Source: Octopus vulgaris
Taxonomy: Eukaryota
NCBI GenBank assembly: GCA_951406725.2
Contig: OX597820.1
Location: 109,616,001 to 109,680,000, forward strand
Reading direction: 5' to 3'
Length of the DNA: 64,000 nt
The notes under the pieces are model-generated. The model was not told where the DNA came from and made no database searches. It worked only from the letters and a program-made list of their open reading frames with translations. Of the stretch, positions 12,851 through 26,285 are shown one piece after another (position 1 is the stretch's first letter; each line of letters begins with the position of its first letter). The position numbers were made by a program, and so were the translations under genes.

Positions 12851-13008
12851 ATTAAATTCTAATTTGAAATTTTAACATCTCTTCTCCATTTTTATAATTG
12901 TTAGTAGTGTTTTATATAAGATTTTTATCTTATACATGCCTATAATGAACTTTTTACTTGTATGTGTGTATGTATATTTGTATATATGTGTGTGTGTGTG
13001 TGTGTGTG

Positions 13009-13059
<51 letters not shown>

Positions 13060-13062
<3 letters not shown>

Positions 13063-13434
13063 TAAACGGCAGTTTGTCTGTGAGTTTTCTGTGTGTCTGT
13101 TTTCTCGTACCCTCACTCTGACCACAGCTTTCAACCGATTCTGATGAAACTTGACACACACATAGCCCAATGTCATAATTCAAAACTAACGCAGCGAAAA
13201 TTTTGAAAAGTTCCCCCAGTTCTGAAAAAAATCGATAAATTCGACATGGGGTCGAGAATCAGAAACCCAAACCACAGACCGTCTAGGGGACGCAACTCCA
13301 CCTTTTTTAACTCTCAAAAAAAAATTTACTATCATTTTTTTCCATTTTTTTGCTATTTTTTGGCTATAACTCTCTAAAAATGCTTTATAGTTATTTCCCT
13401 TACAAACCTGAGCAACGCCGGGCGATACTGCTAG
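13060..13434 (+). mobile_element. Non-autonomous Helitron-type element
   Basis: Subterminal hairpin cctgagcaacgccggg (13407-13422) then CTAG|T; inserted in (TA)n, which hides the 5' TC. Confidence 0.65.
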
Positions 13435-13486
13435 TATATATATATATATATATGTTTGTGTATATATGTATGTATGTATATATGTA

Positions 13487-14752
13487 TTGTGTTGGCAACT
13501 AAGTTCCTGTGGTTTTTTTTAAATTTTGGAATTTATTGTGTTTTAAATTTTGGAATCTATTTTTTTCGAGAATTCTATTTTTGAGTCATTTTCAAATCTT
13601 TTTTTTTTTCTAGTTAATTTTAGTTAAATTTTGTTTATTTTGAGATCATTAAAATGGAATGTCAAGTTAAGAAAAACGAGCATTTTCGACACCTCCTTTT
13701 TGCTTTTAACCAAGTTTCTAAGGCCGCAAAAGCCACTTGTGACATTTGTGTTGTGTATGGAGAGGGTGACATTGCTGAAAGAACTGCTCGTGATTGGTAT
13801 GCCAAGTTCAAAAATGGAAATTTTGACCTCAAAGTTGCACCTCGTTCTGGCCATCCAGTTGAGTTCGATGAAGAGCAATTAAACCAACCTTTGCACGAAA
13901 AATCTCGTCACACAACAAGGGATTTGGCAGAGAAAATGGAATGTTCTCACACTGCTATAGAGAAGCATCTTCACTCGATGGGAAAGGTTCAGAAGTATGG
14001 AGCATGGGTTCCGCATGCTTTAAGTGATAAGAACAAAAATCTCAGCTGGTTTGCTTGCTCGTCACCGCTCATGGACACAAGCAACGATTTCTTTACTGAA
14101 TCGTTACTGGCGACGAAAAATAGTGCCTGTACATCAATATGAAGCAGTGTAAGGAATGGCTTAGTCCCGGTAAACAAGCGGCACCGCACATGAAACAAGA
14201 TCTTCATCCATGTAAAATGATGCTGTGCGTATGGTAGGACTGGGAAGGGATTATCCATTTAAAATTGCTTGAACAGAACCAAGCGGTCAATGCAGAACTC
14301 TATGTTCAACAGATGGAACAACTCAACACAGCTATTCAAGAGAAAAAAACCTAATCGACAGCATGGAGTTCTGCTGCATGATAACACCCGCCCTCATATC
14401 GCCAATATGACCAAAGAAGCCATTCAAATGCATGGCTGGGAAGTGCTGCCACACTCACCGTACTCTCCTGATTTGGCACTAGTGGATTTCCACCTCTTTT
14501 GATCTCTTTCAAATGCTATGCATGGAGTTTCGTTCAGTACTAATGCAGTATTGAGAGCTTGGTTGGATCAATTTTTCGAGTTGAAATCGGGTGAATTCCA
14601 CCAATGAGATATTAAAAATCATGTTGAAATTTGGGATGAAGTTGTAAACAACAAGGGTGAATACATTATTGATTAATTAGTTGTTATTTTTGATTAAACT
14701 TTAAAAAAAATTTAAATTTAAAAAAACGGCAGGAACTTAGTTGCCAACCCAA
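13487..14752 (+). mobile_element. mariner (DD34D) transposon, full length, inactive
   Basis: TIRs ttgtgttggcaactaagttcctg / caggaacttagttgccaacccaa with TA on both sides. Transposase 13654-~14675 has WVPHAL, HDN.RPH and YSPDLA..DFHLF, with stops and frameshifts. Confidence 0.93.
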
Positions 14753-14755
14753 TAC

Positions 14756-14801
<46 letters not shown>

Positions 14802-14859
14802 ATACATGTGTATGTATGTATACATATATGTATATATGTTTGTATGTTTGTGTATATAT

Positions 14860-16134
14860 TATGACTGAGTGTTGAAACAATTAATGAATCACTCAAGTCT
14901 GGATGTGATATATCTCAACTTTGCAAAGGCCTTTGATAAGGTTAGTCATAGCATCATATGTCACAAACTATGGAGACTCAGCATAAGTGGGAAACTCAGA
15001 GTGGTTGTATGACTTCTTAAAAGACAGAAGCCAGGCTCTAGCAGCGAATGGGGCTGCCTCAACGGAGACAGTAATAGAAAGTGGAATGTGCCAAAGAACT
15101 ATATTGTGGCTGCTGCTGTTCATGGTGGTTCTTTCAGACATGGCATCAGTTACACATACAGCCACATTTACTAGCTATGCCAATGACACAAAAGTAGCAC
15201 AAGCTGTCAATAAACTTTCTGATGCCAACAGAAAAACCTAGATGTCATGTATAAATGGGCTGAGAACAACAACATGCTATTTAATGCAGGCAAATTCCAA
15301 ACTCTCTGCTACCAGCTAATTGGTAGTCAGAAGTCACAACAATGACACTCTGGACCAAAAGGAGCAGCAATCCTTGAATCACATATGGTGCATGATCTTG
15401 GGATTGATATAAGCAACAATGCCTCGTTTTACATGCATATCACAAAAATGGGGGCAATGTACAAGCGAATGGCTGGATGGATTCTGGGAACCTTCAGATG
15501 AAGGGACCAGAAAACTATGCTAGTCCTATGGAGGACATTTGTCCTCAGCCATCTGGACTACTGCTCTCAACTGTGGTCACCTTACACTTCAGGTGGTTCG
15601 GCGATGCTACATGAGGAAGATTGCATCAATGGAATAGCTGAGCTATTGGGAGAGACTAAGAGAGCTATGACTCTCCTCCCAGGAGTGAAGACAGGAGAGA
15701 TATGCATTCATATATGTGTGGAAGATACTGGAGGAACTGGCACCGTACTTTGAAATTGAGAATTATACCAGACCTTGAATTGGACGTCACTGCACTGTTC
15801 CAAAAGTCCCAGCTGTCTCATCTAAGGTGAGAACCATGTACTTGTGATTTGTTGCTTGGGATTCAAGGGCCTGCAGCTATTTAATGCCTTGCCAAAACAT
15901 CTGAGGAATCTCCATGGGGTGGTGGTAGTTGTTTCCAAGAAACATCTTGACCTCTTGTTATCCAAGATCTCAGACGAACCAATATTAGGGCAGGAAACTA
16001 AGAAAAGGGCAATGGTATTGAACTCCTTCCTTCACCAAAAATCAATCACACAGAATTGGCCAATTGAAAGGTGATTACACTGGCAGTGTCCCAACATGGC
16101 CACAACCTCAAGGCTGAAACATAAGAGAATATAA
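14860..16134 (+). mobile_element. CR1-like LINE, 5'-truncated and degenerate
   Basis: DVIYLNFAKAFDKVSH, WLYDFLKDRSQ, SYANDTK, LWRTFVLSHLDYCSQLWSP, GLQLFNALPKHLRN; 3' end catggccacaacctcaaggctgaaac. Confidence 0.8.
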
Positions 16135-16184
<50 letters not shown>

Positions 16185-16509
16185 GTATATATACATATAT
16201 ATATTATATATGTATGCCTATGTATATATGTATGTATGTATATATGTATGTATGTATATATACATATATTATATATGTATGCATATGTATATATGTATGT
16301 ATGTATATGTATATATGTGTATGTATATATACATATACTAGCATTAAAGACCCGTCGTTGCCGGGTCATAGTGCTAGTGGATGTATATATGTGTATATAT
16401 ATGTGTACATATTACATGTACATCTATATATATACATCTACACATAAAATACAAAATACAAAGTTATATCTTGATATCGCTAGTGATAACAATACTCAAA
16501 ATATATAAC

Positions 16510-16530
16510 AGACTGGAATTGTTAGCTCTT
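16510..16530 (+). repeat. Left copy of target sequence agactggaattgttagctctt
   Basis: Identical 21-mer at 28197-28217; partial copies at 26266-26285 and 22048-22057. Confidence 0.85.
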
Positions 16531-19500
16531 ATTTCTTTATTCACCATACGGTTATACATATAAAGACAGAACATCACAAATGATTTTACATGAATATGCG
16601 TTGGGGTCTATTAAAAATTTACAAATGAATATATAATTCGGATGATAGGACATTTTTTACACAAGCAATTTCACAGATGGAGTGGGGCGGGCTTACGGAC
16701 CCCACAAACCCCGCCACGACACTGATCTTAGGTTTTTTTCCTTCTTTTTTTTCCGGCTTACCTCGCATTTATGAGGGTCCTTTTACTCACAACATTCTTC
16801 CATCTTTCATCGAACACTTTCTTACTCAGGCCCCTCCTCTCTTGTTCTATTTGTCTTTTTAGGTGGAATTTAAAATATTCCACCAGACTAGAACCAGAGA
16901 TGAAGTTGCCTGCTATCACCCCTTTCATCCTCGTCTTCCATACTGCCTGTTTCGCAATTGAAACCACAGAGAGAAAACAATTCTTACCTTCTTTCGTTAA
17001 GAAATCCGGTGGGTCAATTTTTACAATGGATTCAGTCGATAGCTGTACTCTTCCTCCACTTGACAACAGTTGTTCGGCAAAAACCCACATGTCTGCCACC
17101 TCCGAGCACTGCACGACCGCGTGCGAGACGGTTTCCCTGTCTCACCCACACCTCGGACAGGTCGGGCTGACTTGGCCACCATGCCTTGCGAGTTTATCCC
17201 AAACAGGTAAGGCTCCTCGGTAACACTGCCAAGCTAAGGACTTCTGAAAATTATCCAGGGTCCTCGGCCCAAATGTACGTTGGAACAGACTGGCCAGCTG
17301 ATTATCGTCGAAACTTAGGGTTTCCCCTAATGTATCATCGCAACTGACCTCTACAAACCCTCTATAGAAAACAGCGGTAGAACCACTGCCGCAGGCATTG
17401 CCCGAGCGACGGAATAGTCGGAGTGCCTTGCGACACTCCGTATACCATGTATCCAACTTCGATCTGCGATTATACCAGGCTTCCCGTCCACCAAAACTGG
17501 TGAAATTGGGAAACATCTGTTTCGCCAACGGAGACCACACCCGTTCACCATCCAGATGGAGCCACAGATGCCTTAACCTCAGCGCATTTCTGCGCATCAT
17601 TAGCCACGGCATCCCTAGTCCACCCTTTAACGGTTTTTGACAACAAACAGAGCGTCTCACAAGTGGTTTCGAGCTCTTCCACAAAAAGTGAAAGAGCTGT
17701 CTTTCCAACTTGGTCAACCACGAATCCGGGCAAGGCACGACGGTAAGGCGGTAGGTGATCACCGATGCGATGAACACATTGGCTACCTCCGCCCTGCCTT
17801 TCAGGGATAACCACCGCCAAGACCAGGTCTTGGTTACTGCAGCTACCCTGCTCGATACCTCGCTCCAGTTCTTCTCTATTTGGAGGTCTGGTCCGAACCA
17901 AACCCCGAACAACTTAATCGGACCCTCTGTCCAACGTCCCACGACGCTGTCTGAAGGCATCGACTTGCCTCTCCAGGTGCCGAGCTGCAAGCCGACTGAC
18001 TTTTCGCGATTAACTTTTGCTCCTGTCACCGTCTCGTAAACCTCTATGGCCTTGCCTACTTTACGTAGGAGGTCCACTTCAGTCACGATGATAGTGATGT
18101 CATCCGCGTACGCCGAAACCGACATTCCACGACCTGGCTGCCTCGGGATGCCACTCAGTTTTCGCAGCAGCGGCTCGAGAGCCACTACATACAAAAGCGG
18201 GGAGAGTGGGCATCCTTGACGAACCGAGCATTTGACTCTGAACGGCTTAGAAATAAAGCCGTTCACCCGAACTACCGAGTCGACGTTATCGTACATTTCG
18301 ATGATCCACCTGAGGAAGCCAGGCCGAACTGAGCCAGAACAGACACCAGGTAATGATGGTCGACCCTATCGAAAGCTTTTGATTGGTCTAAGTGGACCAC
18401 TGCCCCTCCCTTGCTGGGATCGCTATTAATTCCCTCTATAGTGTATCTAATTAGATGGAGATTATCCTGAATGGACCTGCCAGGTACGGCACACGTTTGT
18501 GCCTTCCCTATTAGTCCATCCGCGACACGCGCCAATCTGTTTGATAACACTTTGGCCAAAATCTTCAGCTCTGCGTTAAGCAGAGTGATGGGCCTAAAAT
18601 TATCAATGACATCCCCCTTGTCCGAGTCCTTCCTGATTAGTGTCACCACTCCCCGGCGCACAGATCTGGGAATAAACCCATTCTGCTGCCAGTTCGCATA
18701 GACGTTCGCCAGTAAGTCCCCGAACAAGTCCGGCATACTTTTATAAAGCTCGTAGGGTAGACCATCCAGTCCTGGCGCCTTACCCGCGCCGCAGTCATCC
18801 ATGGCCTCTATTACTTCCCCAGGCGTGATCGGCTCCTCACTACACTTCGCGTCCTGCTCCGAGAGGCGCGGCAGCCCGTTGAGAAGGTCCGTTAGGCCCC
18901 TCCTCCTATCCGGTCCGCCGCTCCCCCCAAAGAGCTGGGCGAAGTGGTCCTGAAAAGCCTCACACATCTCCTCGGGCTCGTTTATCAACTTACCTTGTTG
19001 GTTCGTCAAAGATCGAATTGTGGCATCGTTGCCACATTGGGCTTCCACCACTCGGGCCCATCTCGCGGCATTAATTCCTTCGCTCCCCATTGCATGTTGT
19101 CTAGCCCTGACAATGCAACCCATGTGTTTGGCTTCGAGGTGCTGGTTTAAAACCAGTCTCTTGACCTTCACCTGGGCTGCCGTGCCAGTTCGCATTGCTT
19201 CCTCTAAGTCCTTAACTAGTGCTGATTCCCTTCTAGCCTCTCTAGCTACTAGATCTATACTATATCTAATGGACTCATATCTGATGGCTCGCTTGAGGGC
19301 ATACCACCATTTGTTGTTAATTATGATTCCGGTCAAAGCCCTCTGAATCATTAACCTTATCCTGTCACTGTACTCCTTAATCGCCAAAAGGGACGTATTA
19401 AGTTTCCAGTAACCAGGACCTCTATTCGTCTTATCTATGTCTAGCCTACAGGTGACCATCTTGTGGTCACTGTAGCTGACCATGTGGAGCTGTGGACTCC

Positions 19501-21812
19501 TAGCTAGTTTCTTATCTACTTTTCTAATTAATATCCTGTCTATGTACGACTTGATAGATCCGTCGCTATTTGACCATGTCCACAATGGAGCGTTCGGATG
19601 TTCCAGTCTATATGGATCTACCAGCTCGAAACATCTTAGTAGATCCTGGAAGCAAGCATTTCCTTTCCTATCTGTTCGCGAGCCCTCACAGTCTACCCGC
19701 ACATCGTAGACTGTGTTGAAGTCTCCTAAAACAACTAAAGGATGCGATGTACTCAGAAACTTTCCAAGGTTCCGAAAATAATCACTTTGTTCCCCTTGAC
19801 TGTGGGATGCGTAAACCGCAACCAGCCTGATTGTCTTACGACTACTGAACGTCAAATCAACGACGACCAGTCTACCTTCTGGATCTGAAAAAATCAACTT
19901 TTTCTCAGAAACCCGGTTCTTTTTACACAGGACCAACACCCCGCTTCCGCCGGACAGACGGCTCGGAGAGATAATTCTCTCGTAACCGCTGAACAGCGGG
20001 AGCGGATCTCTTCGCCCCTTTAACCAGGTTTCTGTGGCAACAACAACATCTAAATCCCGTGACCTGATGTCATTTAGGAGGCGCCCTTGCTTCCAGTTCG
20101 TCACCAGGCCACGCACATTTATGCACCCTACATGAACACGAGCCATCACCTACCTTTTAGTTGGTTTTCCTTTTTTCCGTTTGTCGTGGGGGGAAGTCTG
20201 CATTATACAACGACTCGTGCAAGTCGAGACGCAGACCTCTGATGTCTTTTGGGTATTCCTCATGTATAATGTTGTAATTTAATCTGTCGATTTTACACAC
20301 TTCTACATTTTTGGGCAATACCCTGTAAGTTTGAATTTTTTCTGCTGTTGGGGCTTCATTAATAAGTTTCACCAACCTATCGTTATCTTTGTTTATTGAG
20401 ATGTACACCATCTCTAATCCTTCCATGTTTTTCTTTGGGCTTTGTGGGGGTGATGGGGGGGACGGCGGGAGTAGTTTGGGAGGGGAGGGAATTGTTCGAC
20501 ACTGGGAGGTGGGGGTGGTTGTTCGGGTTGGGTTGGGGGGGTCTTCTCTTTTTTTTTCTTTTGTGTGGAACCGTGGTTGGGTGGGGTGAATTTTCCCCCC
20601 TGTGTGTTATTTTTCTTTTTGCTTGTGCATGGGGTGGGTGGGTTCAAGTCTTCATTTTTTCTTTTTGGTGTTTTTTTCTGCCTCACCAGTGTGAAGGCAT
20701 TTTCTTCTTCTGTTGTTTTCTCTTCCACCGTTTCTTTTTTCCTCTTCTCCTCTGCTTCCGTCCTTTTTCTCTCTTCTTCTTTCTTGCGGGTGGGGCAGTC
20801 TATACGGATGTGGCCTTTCTCACCACATCCGTAGCATCGAGGCTTTCGCCCCTCCACCACCACCCGCAAATTTATTTCATCGCTGAAATTGATATTTTCT
20901 GCCACCTCCTCCAACGTCTCTGGGGCCGCCTGTACTGTCACTTGAAGAGTTTGACCTCTCCAATTCTCCATCCTGACCTTTGTTATCGCTATAACACTTA
21001 TTTTTTCTTCCAGCCCCATTAGTAAGGCTGGAAGCAACCACTTCGCCTCGATTTCTGGCGGTATGTCCTCGATCCTTATTTTGGCGGACCTCCGCTCCAA
21101 ATAGGAAGGCAAGAGAACAATGTCACTCGCCTTAATTGGGGTTAGCGAGTGCTTTCTTGCCATTTGCTTGCTCTTAAAATATACCACTATTGTGGCGTAC
21201 TTTTTGCCCCATGTCACACAGTCTATGTCTTGCTATATTGGTTGCAGACACTTCTCTGCCTGTTCCTTTGTTACTCTTTCGATTTTTTTCTCTTTTATTA
21301 CAAATGATTTGTAAATCACAATCCTTCTCTGTGTTTCATTTTTAATTTCTTCTGGGAGGGTGGCTTTTATATTATTCCCCTCCCTTACAAACATAGTTTT
21401 GTATTTTTCATATTCTATGTCCTACATCTTTATCTCTTCCGTCTTCCGTCCGGCGGCGGCTGCGAAGTTGTATGTTTTAGCTTGTTTTCCTTCAATAATT
21501 TTAGCTGCAGACACAGCTACACTTGAAGGCGAACCTTCGATAACTTTAGCTGCGGACACAGCTACACTTGAAGGCGAACCTTCGATAACTTTAGCTGCAA
21601 GCACAGCTTCACTTGAAGGCGAACCTTCAATAATTTTAGCTGCAGACACAGCTACACTTGAAGGCGAACCTTCGATGACTTTAACTGCAGGCAAACCTGC
21701 TTCACTTGAAGGCGAATCTTCGTCACTTGAAGCGACCAGTGTTTCCACATCAAACAACATGTTTTTTTTTGACTTCATGTCTTTTTTGTTCATTTTTTCC
21801 ACAAATGTAGTG

Positions 21813-21856
<44 letters not shown>

Positions 21857-22047
21857 TTTTTGTTTTTGTATGTAACGTGTAGCACTTTTCCCCTCCGTAA
21901 GGAGGGGAATAACAATATCTCTTGTTATTACACCAGACGTTCAAAAGTTCAAACAAAACAACAGTTTCTTTAACAAACGCTAAACAGTTACTTACAAATT
22001 ACTGAAAATACCACGCTTCAAATACGGGAAAAATCAGACATCAATTG
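16531..22047 (-). mobile_element. Tx1-type LINE E2, full length, few frameshifts
   Basis: ORF1 pieces 21422-21802, 20414-21217 (CYGCGEKGHIRIDC) and 20157-20426. ORF2 pieces 18272-20149, 17142-18296 and 16758-17114 with EN, RT (AYADD) and zinc finger. Confidence 0.93.
21490..21730 (-). repeat. 45-bp coding minisatellite in the E2 ORF1 N-terminus
   Basis: About five copies encoding EGSPSS(V/E)AV(S/L)AAK(I/V)I. Confidence 0.85.
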
Positions 22048-22057
22048 TGGAATGGTT

Positions 22058-25000
22058 TTATTATTACCCACAAGGGGCGAATATAGAGGGGACAATACAA
22101 CCTGATGTGGGGTCAGATTCTCGGATGGAGTTACAAAAAAGATGAGATTAAAAATTCACAAAAATACAAAAAATATAAAATCGAATGAAGAACAGACCGG
22201 AAGACATTACGGATGGAGTGGGGGCGGGTTTAACTCGGACACCACGAGCGCCGCCTCACCACTGATACTTTGGTTTCGTCTTGTTTTACATTTATGTGGT
22301 GTCATCCATTCGCAACTTTCGTGCTACATCCTTCCATTGTTCTTCATACACTCTCTTAGTCAGGCATTTTCTCTCCAGCCCTATCTTCCTTTTCAGGTGA
22401 AAGATGAAGTAATTCATCAAACCAGGGCCGGATATGAACTTGCCTGACCGTAAACCTTTCATTCTCGTCTTCCATATCACCTCTTTCGCAATTGCTACCA
22501 CAACGAGAAAACAATTCTTACCTTCTTTCGCGAGGAAATCTGGTGGGTCAATTTTTGTAATAGACTCAGTCGACAGCTGTACTCTTCGTGTGCTTGACAA
22601 CAGCTGTTCGGCATAAACCCACACCTCAGACACGACCGAACAATGAACAATAGCGTGCGGGACGGTTTCCCTATCCCGCTCGCATCTTGGACATATCGGA
22701 CTGTCTTGGCCACCGTGCCTTGCGAGTTTATCCCGAACAGGTAGAGCTCCTCTGTAGCATTGCCATGCCAGAGACTTCTGGAAGTTGTCCAGTGTCTTCG
22801 GCTCGAACGTACGTCGGAACAGACTGGCCAGCTGATTATCGTCGAGACCTAGGGTTTCCCCCAAGGTATCTTCACATTCCGCCTCTACCAACCCTCTATA
22901 GAAGAATGTGGTAGAACCCCCACCGTAGGCGTTGCCCGAGCGACGGAATAGCAGGAGAGCCTTGTGACACTCCGTGTACCATGTGCCTAGTTTCGATCTA
23001 CGATTCAGCCAGGTTTCCCATCCACCGAAACTAGTGAACTTGGGAAACATCAGTTTTGCTAGCGGAGACCACACCCGTTCACCATCCAGGTAGAGCCACA
23101 GATGTCTTAACCTCAGCGCATGTCTGCGCATCATCAGCCAAGGCATCCCTAGCCCACCCTTTAACGGTTGTTGACAGCAAGTAGAGCGTTTCACAAGTGG
23201 TTTCCCGCCCTTCCACAAGACGTAGAAGAGCTGTCTTTCCAACTTGATCAACCACGAATCAGGGCAAGGAACAACGGAAAGGCGGTAGGTGATAACCGAT
23301 GCGATAAACACATTGGCTACCTCCGCCCTCCCTTTCAGGGATAGCCACCGCCAAGACCAGGTCTTGGTTACTGCAGCCACCCTGCTCGATACCTCGCCCC
23401 AATTCTTCTCTATTTGGAGGTCTGGACCGAACCAAACCCCTAGCAACTTAATCAGACCCTCCGTCCAATGTCCCACGACGCTGTCAGGAGGCATCGACTT
23501 GCCTCTCCAGGTGCCGAGTTGCAAGCCAACTGACTTTTCGCGATTAACTTTTGCTCCTGTCACTGTCTCGTAAACCTCTATGGCCTTGCCTACTTTACGT
23601 AGGTGATCCATTTCGGTTACGATGATGGTGATGTCATCCACGTACGCTGACACCGATTTTCCACTACCTGGCTGTCTCGGGATGCCGCTCAGTTTTCTCA
23701 GTAATGGCTCAAGAGCCATCACGTACAAAAGCGGGGAGAGCGGACACCCTTGACGAACCGAGCGCTTGATGTTGAACGGCTTCGACAAGAAGCCGTTCAC
23801 CCGAACTACCGAGTCGATGTTGTCGTAAATTTGGATAATCCACCTGAGGAAGCCAAGGCCCAGCCCGAACTGTGCCAGGGCAGATACCAGGTAGCGATGG
23901 TCGACCCTATCGAACGCTTTAGATTGGTCTAAATGGACCAGTGCCCCACCCTTGCCAGAATCACTATTAAACCCCTCTATAGTGTACCGCATAAGATGGA
24001 GATTATCCTGAATGGTTCTGCCGGGAACAGCACATGTCTGTGCCTCCCCGATCAGACCATCTGCGACACGCGCCAATCTTTTCGATAACACTTTGGCCAA
24101 AATCTTCAACTCTGTGTTTAGCAGAGTGATGGGCCTGAAATTATCAATGCACTGCCCCTTGCTCGGGTCCTTTCTGACGAGTGTCACTACTCCCCGGCGC
24201 ACAGATCTGGGTATGAACCCGTTCTGCTGCCAGTTCGCATAGACCTCCACCAGTAGGTGCCCGAACAAGTCTGGCATACTCTTATATAACTCATAGGGTA
24301 GACCATCTAAACCCGGCGCCTTGCCCGCGCCGCAGTCCACCATCGCCTCAACCACCTCCCCAGGCGTGATTGGCCCTTCACAGCCCTCCGCATCTCGCCC
24401 CGATAAGCGCGGCAGCCTGTCGAGGAGGTCCGTAAAGGCCCTCCTCCTATCCAGTCCGCTGCACTCACCGAAAAGCTGAGCGAAGTGCTCCTGAAAGGCC
24501 TCACACATCTCCTCGGGCTCGTTTATCAACTCACCTTGTTGGTGCGTCATAGATCGAATCATGGCGTCGTTACCACGCTGAGCTTCCACCACTCGGGCCC
24601 ATCTCACGGCGTTGATTCCTTCACAACCCATTGCGCGGATCCTAGCCCTGACAATGCAGCCCATGTGTTTGGCCTCGAGGTGCTGGTTTAACGCCAGTCT
24701 CTTGGCCGCCACCTGAACCGCAGAGCCAGTTTTCAAGGCTTCCTCTAATTCCTTAACTAGATTAGATTCCCTCCTAGCCTCTCTAGCCACTAATCCTATG
24801 CTATATCTAATTGACTCGAATTTGATGGCTCGCTTGAGGGCATACCACCATTTGTTATTAATGATGGCACCAGATAGCGCCCTCTGTACTCCTTAATCGC
24901 CAAAAGGGACGTATTAAGTTTCCAGTAACCGGAGCCTCTATTTTTAACCTTATCTATGTCAAGCTTACAGGTGACCATTTAATGATCACTGTAGCTGACC

Positions 25001-26265
25001 AGGTAAAACTGTGGACACTTAGCTATTTTTCTGTCTACTTTTCTAATTAGTATCCTATCTATATATGACCTGGAAGATCCGTCGCTGTTTGACCATGTCC
25101 ACAATGGAGCGTTCGGAAATTCCAACCTATAAGGATCTGCTAGCTCAAAGCGGCTTAGCAGTTCCAGGAAGCCAATGTTACCTTTTCTATCTGGACGCAA
25201 GCCAACACAATCTACATCCGCTTTGCAAATTGTGTTAAAGTCTCCTAGCACAACTAATGAATGCGAAGTACCTCGGCTTTCTGCCCTCCACAAACACTAG
25301 CACCCTCTCCTCCTCGCTGAGCCTCAATATCTCCGGTATTTCTTCTAACGTTTGGACCTCCGCCTGAATCGCCATTGTGATACATTGGCTTTGCCAAAAC
25401 CCCTCCTCCTCTACTGTAGCCTGGAGGATAGTGATCTTGTCCTCCAGGCCCAACATCACTGCCGTCACCAGGCATGTGGCGTCCGCTTCTGGCGGAATAT
25501 TTTTCATTAATATTTTTGAGGTCCTTCTGCCTCTGTACAGGGGGAGAAGGACTATATTCTCCGCTTTTTGAGGTTCGGTTGATAGCTTCTTGGCTATCTC
25601 CTCAGTCCTGAACCTCACCTCAACTGTTCCAAACTTTCTGCCACGGTTTATATACGTAATGTCTTTCCTTATTGTCTTCAGACAATCCTCTATTTTTTTT
25701 TCCTCCACTCTTTGAATGCTTTTCATTGTTGTATTGTATGTCTTGTAGATAATCCTTTTTCTTTCTACTTCTTCTTTCTTTCTGACGTCTGATTCCACTG
25801 CTATTTCATTTCCTTCCTTTTTTCAAAAGTGCTTCATACTTTTCTAGGTTGCTCTTATCTGTGTTGATTTTTTTTTGTTTTTTTCCTGCAACTTCTGCGA
25901 ACTTCTTCACTGGGGCCTCTTCTTTTTCCGGCGTCACCGCCGGTGAACTTTCTTCACCTGATACAGGTGAATATGAGATAGGAGTCTCCATCTCTGGATG
26001 TGGCTTTACAAGCCTTTTCAATTGGCTTTAACAAGCCTTCAAAAATTTTGGCTTCACAAGCCTTTTGTGTATATTTTAAACTGTTTCACAACAATTATAT
26101 CAAAACAATTCCCCCGTGGGGGGGGGGGGGGAATTTTAATACGTAGCCTTCGCGCGAAGGCTACTAACAGTTTTTACACAGAAACACAATATATATAAAA
26201 CAAAGTAACAATAGTTAAATTCACAAACCGGTAATAAACAGCAAAATGACAAACACAGACTGGCG
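22058..26265 (-). mobile_element. Tx1-type LINE E3 with an internal deletion joining ORF1 to mid-endonuclease
   Basis: ORF1 25806-26021 and 25270-25798 stops at VEGRKPR and jumps to GTSHSLVVLGDFN. ORF2 22292-24790 has AYVDD and CPRC..H..C. Confidence 0.92.
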
Positions 26266-26285
26266 TATAACAGACTGGAATTGTT

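Noticed and set aside
13141-13150. CTGATGA here and near 49107 as hammerhead cores
   Set aside because: No paired stem II, GAAAC-NNNN-GTH or stem I in register.
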